Source: a bacterium (GTDB lineage: Bacteria > Patescibacteriota > Minisyncoccia > UBA6257 > WO2-44-18). Taken from it: a DNA stretch of 64,000 nt. The notes under the pieces were generated by a model. That model searched no databases and was not told the DNA's origin. It was given only the letters and a program-made list of their open reading frames with translations. The DNA is taken from NCBI GenBank assembly GCA_030646995.1, contig JAUSKF010000006.1:99680-163679 (forward strand), given 5' to 3'. Each line of letters begins with the position of its first letter. The first letter of the stretch is position 1. Below are positions 1 to 6,419 of the stretch, in pieces. The position numbers were made by a program, and so were the translations under genes.

Positions 1-142
1 CATGTCCTATGCGTCCATGGTTGACCTGCAATATACGAAAGTCGTGGACGGCGACCTGGTGGTGGTATTCTCTTGGTACGACAATGAGTGGGGCTATGTG
101 ACGACTTTAGTCGATCACGTTCAGAAGGCGGCGGCTGTTTAG
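1..142 (+). CDS. gap: Glyceraldehyde-3-phosphate dehydrogenase, C-terminal fragment (gene starts upstream of window)
   Basis: Frame from nt 2 translates ...DLVVVFSWYDNEWGYVTTLVDHVQKAAAV*, matching the conserved GAPDH C-terminal WYDNEWGYS motif; TAG stop at 140-142. Confidence 0.8.
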   Translation, partial: MSYASMVDLQYTKVVDGDLVVVFSWYDNEWGYVTTLVDHVQKAAAV

Positions 143-144
143 AT

Positions 145-582
145 ATGAAAATTTATCTCGGGGGCGACCACGCAGGCCTACAATTAAAAGAAAAAGTTAA
201 AGCAGTTTTGATTGAATGGGGTCACGAAGTAAAAGACTGCGGCCCTTTTGAATATAACAATGACGATGATTATCCGGATTTTGTGAAGCTGGTTGCGGAA
301 GCGGTGGCGAAAGATCCTGATAATAGCCGCGGTATTTTATTTGGCGGCTCCGGTCAGGGAGAGGCGATGATGGCTAACCGTTATAAAAAAGTCCGGGCGA
401 CGGTTTTTTACGGTGGGCCGCAAGATATTGTTGAGCTTTCTCGAGAGCATAACAACGCCAACGTTCTTTCGATTGGTGCTCGCTTTCTTGAAGAAAAAGA
501 AGCTTTGCGTGTGATTAAGATGTGGCTGGAGGCGCCCTTCCCGGCAGAAGAGAGGCATAAACGTAGGATTGATAAGTTTTAG
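145..582 (+). CDS. rpiB: Ribose-5-phosphate isomerase B (RpiB/LacA/LacB family), Glu-base type
   Basis: ATG at 145 (MKIYLGGDHAG...); N-terminal GGDHAG Asp/His motif and a GGSGQGE motif (Glu-base variant as in mycobacterial RpiB); track ORF 88..582 trimmed to the ATG. Confidence 0.85.
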   Translation: MKIYLGGDHAGLQLKEKVKAVLIEWGHEVKDCGPFEYNNDDDYPDFVKLVAEAVAKDPDNSRGILFGGSGQGEAMMANRYKKVRATVFYGGPQDIVELSREHNNANVLSIGARFLEEKEALRVIKMWLEAPFPAEERHKRRIDKF

Positions 583-632
583 ATTTTCTGTTATAGTACC
601 TTTCGGTTCATAAGAAGAAAAAAGGAGGCGGG

Positions 633-1094
633 ATGACTGAGGGTCTGCCGGTCATGAAAAATCCGCAGGGTTCGAGGGCTTGCCCTTGTTCGGGCGTAAT
701 CGTCCGTCATCGTGGCAAGATTTTGATGCTCGACCGTTTGAAGGGAGTCCTTGGTTGGGCGTGTCCCGCCGGTCATCGTGATTCCGAAGAATTTCCTTTG
801 GATTGCGCCAAGCGCGAGCTTTTCGAAGAGACCGATATTGATTTGGCTAAGGCCCGTAATCTGGGATTGGTACTTCATTCTGAGATTAGCAATAATGCCT
901 GCGGTCGGGGAGCCAACTCGCACGTGTGGCACGTTTATTCATTGGAGGTGAACGACGATTATTTCAAATTGAAAGAGCCGACCAAACATAGCGATATGAA
1001 TTGGTTTTCCCCCGAAGAAATTGCGAAGATGAATCTTGAGCCAGTGTGGCGGTTGATTTTAGAAGAGGTTGGAATTTTGAAGAAGGTAGCGTAA
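633..1094 (+). CDS. NUDIX hydrolase
   Basis: NUDIX box G-x5-E-x7-REL-x-EETD (AGHRDSEEFPLDCAKRELFEETDID); strong RBS aaaaggagg 6 nt upstream of ATG. Confidence 0.8.
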   Translation: MTEGLPVMKNPQGSRACPCSGVIVRHRGKILMLDRLKGVLGWACPAGHRDSEEFPLDCAKRELFEETDIDLAKARNLGLVLHSEISNNACGRGANSHVWHVYSLEVNDDYFKLKEPTKHSDMNWFSPEEIAKMNLEPVWRLILEEVGILKKVA

Positions 1095-1207
1095 TATTCC
1101 GTCCGGCGAAAGCCGGATTTTTTATTATGGTAAACCCCCACACCAAACAAGGAGTTATACTTTCCGCTTTCTTGCTCCTTGTTGTGGTGTGGGGGTAAAA
1201 TTATTCA

Positions 1208-1654
1208 ATGATGGTAATCCCCGGAGTAGAAGGCGCCGATGCTGAATCAGTTAAGGCGCAATACGAAAAAGTTAAAGTAGTTTTGATTGAATGGGGCCAT
1301 GAAGTAGAGGACTGCGGTCCTTTTGAATATGACAACGATGATGATTATCCGGATTTCGTGATCCCAGTGGCAAAGGCGGTGGCGAAAGATAAAGAATCCC
1401 GCGGGATAGTATTCGGCGGATCCGGCCAAGGCGAAGCGATGGCGGCCAATCGTCAAAAAGGCATCCGGGCGGCGGTGTTTTATGGCGGTCCGGAGGATAT
1501 TATTTTGCTTTCCCGTATCCACAATAATTCCAACATTTTATCCATCGGCGCCCGTTTTATAGATGAGAAAGAAGCTTTGCGCGTCATTAAAATGTGGCTG
1601 GAAACCGAATTCGGCAAAGAAGAACGCCATCAGCGAAGGATCGAAAAATTTTAG
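1208..1654 (+). CDS. RpiB paralogue with rpe-derived N-terminus (chimeric; lacks N-terminal GxDHxG motif, possibly inactive)
   Basis: Residues 24-148 are ~85-90% identical to rpiB at 145..582, but the first 23 aa (MMVIPGVEGADAESVKAQYEKVK) match the N-terminus of Rpe at 4279; junction at the shared gaaaaagttaaag. Confidence 0.7.
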   Translation: MMVIPGVEGADAESVKAQYEKVKVVLIEWGHEVEDCGPFEYDNDDDYPDFVIPVAKAVAKDKESRGIVFGGSGQGEAMAANRQKGIRAAVFYGGPEDIILLSRIHNNSNILSIGARFIDEKEALRVIKMWLETEFGKEERHQRRIEKF

Positions 1655-1681
1655 CTCTATTTCAAGCTTTTTTATGAGGGC

Positions 1682-1711
1682 TTGACTTTTTAGGTCCTAC
1701 TATGCTATACT
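1682..1711 (+). promoter_or_regulatory. Sigma-70-like promoter upstream of DGR target gene (TTGACT-18-TATACT)
   Basis: ttgact at 1682-1687 and tatact at 1706-1711, about 80 nt upstream of the ATG at 1794. Confidence 0.5.
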
Positions 1712-1793
1712 TTCGACAGTTCCAGTCAAGGCAAGCTCTAGGTCTTGGCACATCGCCGCGATAAGGAGCAAGCCACAGAAAAAGGAGGGTCGT

Positions 1794-2420
1794 ATGTCCC
1801 AAAAGAGAAGTGAGTTTCTCGGGTCATTCGGCACCGCGTTCCAGGTTTTCAAGGCCCTGACGGACGAGGTGCTGGGTATGGGCGGCGGTGATGCTGACCT
1901 GCGTCGGATAGAGACCGACAAGGGTCTGCGTCAGAAGCTCGCCCAGCTGATCGTCGGCGTTCAGGAGAAGGCCGCGAACATCTTCAAGGTGATTGTGGAC
2001 TACTCGCTGTCGCTCGCCGACATGATCAAGCAGGTAAAGTCCGACTGGACAAACTCGGACATCACTGAGAGGCACTTCCCGCGCCCGTCGATCCCACGGG
2101 GCATCTCCAAGAAGGCGGAGGTGGCCTTGGAGCTGATACATTTCAACCGGAGTATCAGCTCTGACGATGCCATCGCCGAGCTCAAAAGGCTTGGCTACCG
2201 CCCCGCCACTATCTGGGAGCTCCTCGTTTTCGGGATGACCTATCCTGAAAAGCAGAGAGAATTCCCGATCGTGGCTCTCGGCTCGGTCTGGCGGCGCTGG
2301 GGTGGCTGCCGGGGCGTTGCCTATCTCTGGAGCTCTGCCGTCGGGCGGTACCTCTTTCTGGGTTGGTTCGAGGGCGGCTGGGTTGACGGCTATCGTTTCC
2401 TGGCCGTCCGCGAGTCTTAA
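1794..2420 (+). CDS. DGR target protein (variable protein with C-terminal CLec-type variable repeat)
   Basis: Strong RBS aaaaaggaggg; C-terminal 45 aa are encoded by the VR, which matches the downstream TR except at TR adenines; stop 7 nt after the VR end. Confidence 0.85.
   Translation: MSQKRSEFLGSFGTAFQVFKALTDEVLGMGGGDADLRRIETDKGLRQKLAQLIVGVQEKAANIFKVIVDYSLSLADMIKQVKSDWTNSDITERHFPRPSIPRGISKKAEVALELIHFNRSISSDDAIAELKRLGYRPATIWELLVFGMTYPEKQREFPIVALGSVWRRWGGCRGVAYLWSSAVGRYLFLGWFEGGWVDGYRFLAVRES
2276..2411 (+). repeat. DGR variable repeat (VR)
   Basis: 136-bp repeat aligned to TR 2697..2832 at offset 421; about 28 mismatches, every one at a TR adenine (A to G/T/C); the flanks gctcggtctggc, gttgcctatctctggagc and ctatcgtttcctggccgtccgc are identical. 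Confidence 0.9.
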
Positions 2421-2433
2421 CCGCCGGAGGCGG
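2421..2433 (+). promoter_or_regulatory. GC hairpin immediately 3' of VR (DGR cruciform/hairpin element)
   Basis: ccgcc-gga-ggcgg stem-loop 9 nt after the VR end and directly after the TAA stop, the position typical for the DGR hairpin. Confidence 0.5.
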
Positions 2434-2456
2434 TCAAAGACCCTTGGACCTATGCT

Positions 2457-2489
2457 CCGCAAGAGAAATCTCTTGCGGGGCTATTTTTA
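2457..2489 (+). terminator. Rho-independent terminator after DGR target gene
   Basis: ccgcaagaga-aat-ctcttgcgg perfect 10-bp stem followed by a T-run (gctattttt). Confidence 0.7.
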
Positions 2490-2696
2490 TAAACAAGAAA
2501 ATATTTTATAATTCAGAAAGACGAAACAGCCCGTGGCTACGGTTGCGGGCGGTCTGTAAGAAAATAAATAGACTCGGTGCCCTGCGCTAGGGAATTACAG
2601 ATTCCAAATGCGATACAATCCCGAGAGTATTCATCCCACACATAACAAGTTATGTGTGGGATTCAAAGGATGGTGGCTCAGGCGGCGCGGGGCACG

Positions 2697-2832
2697 AAAC
2701 GGCTCGGTCTGGCAGCACTGGAATGGCAACCGGAACGTTGCCTATCTCTGGAGCAATGCCGACAAGCGGAACCTCAATCTGAATTGGTTCGAGAACGACT
2801 GGAATGACAACTATCGTTTCCTGGCCGTCCGC
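2697..2832 (+). repeat. DGR template repeat (TR), noncoding template rich in AAC/AAT
   Basis: Counterpart of the VR; contains the adenines that are substituted in the VR; AAC-rich (NGNRN...SNADKRNLNLNWFENDWNDN in the VR frame); preceded by hairpin cccacacataacaagttatgtgtggg at 2635-2660. Confidence 0.9.
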
Positions 2833-2840
2833 TAGAATAT

Positions 2841-3182
2841 TTATTTTTTTAGCTGTTGTTTCCATCCCCCGATAATTTTGCCGATTTCGGCAAGGGGGAT
2901 AGAAATGACAGAGTATTTTTTATTATCCAAGGCTTTTATTTCCCAGGCGATCCGCAGAGACAGCTTGAGCAAGTCCAATTTTTGGCTGACTATTCTGATT
3001 GAATTACTCCGGCTTTCTTTTGAAGAGTAAATACTGAAATAAACAGCATCAACGAAATCCAGGAACTTCTCATCTATTTTGACGCCCAAGCTATAGCGAT
3101 GGAGTTTGGTGAGGTGCGGAAAATATCCGCTCCAAATTTTGTAGGCGTCAATGGATTTTTGTAAAACATCAATATGATCCAA
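2841..3182 (-). CDS. avd: DGR accessory variability determinant (Avd-like four-helix-bundle protein)
   Basis: 113 aa between TR and RT; C-terminal LAEIGKIIGGWKQQ resembles the Bordetella phage Avd C-terminus (AEVGRILGSWI) by recall; transcribed opposite to target, TR and RT; the start codon is uncertain because the first codon read from the displayed sequence is not a canonical start. Confidence 0.6.
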   Translation of the reverse strand: MDHIDVLQKSIDAYKIWSGYFPHLTKLHRYSLGVKIDEKFLDFVDAVYFSIYSSKESRSNSIRIVSQKLDLLKLSLRIAWEIKALDNKKYSVISIPLAEIGKIIGGWKQQLKK

Positions 3183-3191
3183 ATTCCGCCG

Positions 3192-3200
3192 GGGGGGGGG
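3192..3200. repeat. Poly-G (G9) homopolymer tract in the avd/RT divergent region
   Basis: Nine G at 3192-3200; lies between ATG 3174 and the RT frame; G8 would put ATG 3174 in frame with the RT. Confidence 0.9.
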
Positions 3201-3261
3201 CGTTATAGGTAGAACCCAATTCCGTCATAGTTTTGAGGATATTATTTCTGTTGAAAATCTT

Positions 3262-4188
3262 TTGGTTACTTGGCGGGAGTTCTTGAAAGGGAAGAGGGGA
3301 AAGAAAGACGTCCAGGAATTCGAGTTTAACTTGATGGATAATATTCTATCGCTTCACGAGGAGTTAGCAAGTCAGCAATACCGGCACGGTGGCTATTATC
3401 AATTCCGGATCGCCGATCCGAAACCCCGCATAATTCACAAGGCCGAAGTCAGGGATCGCCTAGCTCATCGCGCCATTCATAGATTACTATATCCGTTTTT
3501 TGATAAGACCTTCTTTGCCGACTCCTTTTCCTGCCGTGTCAAAAAAGGCACACACCGCGCGCTTAATCGTTTTCGGGCGATGGCTTATCAAGTCAGCCAA
3601 AACCATACCAAAACCTGCTGGGTGTTAAAATGCGATATCAAAAAGTTCTTTGATAGTATCAATCACGAAATTTTCCTGAAAATACTGAAAAAATATATCC
3701 CCAACCAGAAAATTATTTGGCTTTTGGAAAATGTCATAAATAGTTTCTCAACTAGATCGGGATTCGGCTTGCCTTTAGGCAATCTCACCTCCCAACTTTT
3801 CGCCAATATCTATTTAAATGAATTTGACCAGTTCGTGAAACACAAACTTAAAGTTAAGCATTACGTTAGATATGCGGATGATTTTGTAATTTTGTCAGGG
3901 GATAAACAGCAACTTGAATACCTAATTCCCAGAATCCAGGGCTTTCTCAAAGAAAATATTGGCCTCGTTTTACACCCGGACAAGCTTTTCCTGAAAACCT
4001 TTGCTATGGGGATGGATTTTCTCGGCTGGGTGCACTTTCCGGATCATCGAGTTCTGCGATCGGTTACTAAGCGGAAAATGTTTCGGAGGTTAAAAGAAAA
4101 TAACAACGAGCATTCCAGGCGGTCATATTTGGGGATGTTGAGGCATGGGAATACGGCTCTAATTAGCGGACAGGTCGTAAAGTTTTAA
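3262..4188 (+). CDS. DGR reverse transcriptase
   Basis: Motifs GNLTSQLFANIYLN and YADDFVIL closely resemble the Bordetella phage BPP-1 DGR RT as recalled (IGSLTSQLFANVY, YMDDIV); TTG start per the track; the RT frame is open from 3178 and the N-terminal homology (HSFEDIISVENLL) lies upstream of 3262 with no canonical in-frame start unless the G9 tract contracts. Confidence 0.9.
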   Translation: MVTWREFLKGKRGKKDVQEFEFNLMDNILSLHEELASQQYRHGGYYQFRIADPKPRIIHKAEVRDRLAHRAIHRLLYPFFDKTFFADSFSCRVKKGTHRALNRFRAMAYQVSQNHTKTCWVLKCDIKKFFDSINHEIFLKILKKYIPNQKIIWLLENVINSFSTRSGFGLPLGNLTSQLFANIYLNEFDQFVKHKLKVKHYVRYADDFVILSGDKQQLEYLIPRIQGFLKENIGLVLHPDKLFLKTFAMGMDFLGWVHFPDHRVLRSVTKRKMFRRLKENNNEHSRRSYLGMLRHGNTALISGQVVKF

Positions 4189-4278
4189 AAAAGGCATTCC
4201 TTATCCTGCTTACAAGTATCATACGACCGTACGATACTTGTAAGCAGGGCAGATGGATATATTTGCTAGAATTATCAA

Positions 4279-4932
4279 ATGGTAGTAATTCCCGGTATTG
4301 AGGGCGCGGATGCTGAGTCCGTCAAAGAGCAATATGAAAAAGTTAAAGATCTTAATCCAGAAGGCTGGGTGCATTTGGATATCACTGATGGGAAGTTTTC
4401 TCCGGCAGTGAATTGGGGCTCCCCCGCGGAGCTGTCTTCCCTAGTCGCTAGTCGTAAGTCGCTAAGTACTAAGTTTGAACTGCACTTGATGGTGGAAGAA
4501 GTGGAAAAAGTTCTGGATGGCTGGCTGAAGACCGGTTTAGTGAAGCGCGTCATCGTTCACCTTGAGGCGATGACCGATCCGGTATTTGTGGCGGCAAAAT
4601 GCAAAGAATATGGCGTTGAGCCAATGCTTTCAATCAAGCCGGAGACTGAAGTGGAGGGGTTGTTTGCCCACAAAGATGACTTCCGCTCTTTTCAGGTACT
4701 GGCGGTGGCTCCCGGTTGGGCGGGGCAGAAGTTTGGGGAGGAGGCTTTAAAGAAAATCGCATGGATAAGAGAAAAAATTCCGAATGCTATAATAGAAATA
4801 GACGGCGGAATTAATCCTGAAACCGCCCGTAAATGCTTTGAAGCGGGAGGGAGCGTGCTGGTTTCTACTTCTTATATCCAGAATAGCCCCGACCCCAAAG
4901 AAGCCTATAATTCGTTAGTCGTTAGTCGTTAG
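4279..4932 (+). CDS. rpe: Ribulose-phosphate 3-epimerase
   Basis: VHLDITDGKFSP, HLMV and IEIDGGINPET motifs of the Rpe TIM barrel; contains an internal tagtcg-type repeat insertion (LSSLVASRKSLSTK) and ends inside a heptamer tandem repeat. Confidence 0.85.
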   Translation: MVVIPGIEGADAESVKEQYEKVKDLNPEGWVHLDITDGKFSPAVNWGSPAELSSLVASRKSLSTKFELHLMVEEVEKVLDGWLKTGLVKRVIVHLEAMTDPVFVAAKCKEYGVEPMLSIKPETEVEGLFAHKDDFRSFQVLAVAPGWAGQKFGEEALKKIAWIREKIPNAIIEIDGGINPETARKCFEAGGSVLVSTSYIQNSPDPKEAYNSLVVSR

Positions 4933-4958
4933 TCGTTAGTCGTTAGTCGTTAGTCGTT
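4914..4958 (+). repeat. Heptanucleotide tandem repeat (GTTAGTC)x6 spanning the rpe stop and the rpe-tkt spacer
   Basis: Six perfect 7-bp units at 4914-4955 plus a degenerate unit; related degenerate copies at 4438-4470 (inside rpe) and 35323-35348 (inside pth). Confidence 0.9.
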
Positions 4959-4963
4959 ATCTT

Positions 4964-5827
4964 ATGATTGAACCCTTACACGAAAAAAAACTTAAATTTC
5001 TCGAAGAAAAAGCGAATCAGATCCGCGAGGATTTAATTGAGACACTATTAGTGGCCGGCTCCGGCCATTCCGCGGGACCTTTGGGTATGGCAGATATTTT
5101 TACCGCTCTTTATTTCCATGTGATGAATTATGATCCAAAGAAGCCGGAATGGCCCGAGCGGGATCGATTAGTTTTATCTAACGGGCATATTTGCCCAATC
5201 CGATACGTGACTATGGCGCACGCGGGATTTTTCCCTTTAGAAGAATTAAAAACTTTGCGGAAAATAAATTCCCGATTGCAGGGTCATCCGCACCGAAGCG
5301 CGTTGCCGGGCGTGGAGACAACTTCGGGTCCGTTAGGCTCCGGATTGTCGCAGGCTGTTGGTATGGCTTTAGCGGCGCGTATGGATAAGAAGCGCCATCG
5401 TGTTTATTGCGTAACATCTGATGGCGAGCATGATACCGGCAACACTTGGGAGGCAATATTATTTGCCGGCAAGAATAGGTTGAGTAATCTGACGATGATT
5501 GTGGATAGAAATAACATTCAAATTGACGGCACTACGGAAAATATAATGCCATTGGAACCATTGAGAGATAAATACGAAGCTTTTAACTGGCAGGTTCTGG
5601 AAGTGGATGGCCACAATATCGAGCAGTTTGTGGATGCAGTCAGTGAGGCGAAGGCAATTTATGAGAAGCCAACGGTAATCATTGCCCATACGATTCCCGG
5701 CAAAGGCGTGAGTTTTATGGAGAATGATTATCTGTGGCACGGGAAGCCGCCGAACAAAGAAGAGGCGGCGAAGGCGCTAGCGGAACTAAGAACTCTCGGT
5801 GGAAAAATAAGGTCGGAACATGAATAA
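4964..5827 (+). CDS. Transketolase, N-terminal (thiamine diphosphate-binding) subunit
   Basis: GHSAGPLGMADI, SNGH and TSDGE..GNTWEA motifs; split-type transketolase. Confidence 0.9.
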   Translation: MIEPLHEKKLKFLEEKANQIREDLIETLLVAGSGHSAGPLGMADIFTALYFHVMNYDPKKPEWPERDRLVLSNGHICPIRYVTMAHAGFFPLEELKTLRKINSRLQGHPHRSALPGVETTSGPLGSGLSQAVGMALAARMDKKRHRVYCVTSDGEHDTGNTWEAILFAGKNRLSNLTMIVDRNNIQIDGTTENIMPLEPLRDKYEAFNWQVLEVDGHNIEQFVDAVSEAKAIYEKPTVIIAHTIPGKGVSFMENDYLWHGKPPNKEEAAKALAELRTLGGKIRSEHE

Positions 5828-5851
5828 AAATAAAAATTAAAAAATAAAATT

Positions 5852-6118
5852 ATGGATAATATACAAATGCCGGTTAGCAGTTCAAGTACGTGGCAGCACA
5901 AAATACACACCGTTGCTCAATGGAAAGCCAGAGGTCTTTCTTTGCTTTCCGGCTTGATGTTGATTTTGGCTTGGGTTTCGACTTTTCGGGGCACAGTCTT
6001 TGGATTAATCGCTCCTCATTGGTATTGGAGCGCTTTAATCTTGGGATTGTTGTCATTATGCGTGAAGATAGTTTGGGCGAAAGATTGCGATAATAAATGT
6101 TCCGATTCTAAAAATTAA
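5852..6118 (+). CDS. Hypothetical small membrane protein
   Basis: 88-aa ORF with two hydrophobic helices; no recognisable motif; inserted between the transketolase halves. Confidence 0.35.
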   Translation: MDNIQMPVSSSSTWQHKIHTVAQWKARGLSLLSGLMLILAWVSTFRGTVFGLIAPHWYWSALILGLLSLCVKIVWAKDCDNKCSDSKN

Positions 6119-6119
6119 A

Positions 6120-6365
6120 ATGTTTCGCGTCTACATTCTTAAGTCTACAATCAACAATAGATATTATGTCGGCAGCACAGCTGACCTTTCTCGCAGATTA
6201 GAACAGCATAATCTGGGGACTGTTAAATCTACAAAAGGCTTTGTGCCGTGGACGCTGGCATATCAGGAAGAGCTGCCGACTCTTTCCGACGCGCGCAAAA
6301 GGGAATTACAAATCAAGTCTTGGAAAAAGCGCGCGGCCATAGAAAGGCTATTTAATAATTTTTAG
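6120..6365 (+). CDS. GIY-YIG nuclease domain protein (free-standing, 81 aa)
   Basis: VYILKS...YYVGSTADLSRRLEQHN matches the GIY-YIG motif. Confidence 0.75.
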   Translation: MFRVYILKSTINNRYYVGSTADLSRRLEQHNLGTVKSTKGFVPWTLAYQEELPTLSDARKRELQIKSWKKRAAIERLFNNF

Positions 6366-6419
6366 AATCGTGAATCCTCGATTCCGATAAAATCGGAATC
6401 GGGACTAAACAATAAACAT

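Noticed and set aside
1824-2462. 212-aa minus-strand ORF antisense to the DGR target gene
   Set aside because: Lies entirely antisense to a gene with strong RBS, VR and terminator. GC-rich antisense frames commonly stay open. It has no RBS and no motif.
2608-2865. ORFs 2608..2835 (+) and 2650..2865 (-) spanning the template repeat
   Set aside because: The TR is a non-coding template. The + ORF merely mirrors the VR reading frame and lacks a start context. The apparent similarity to the target C-terminus is the TR/VR repeat itself.
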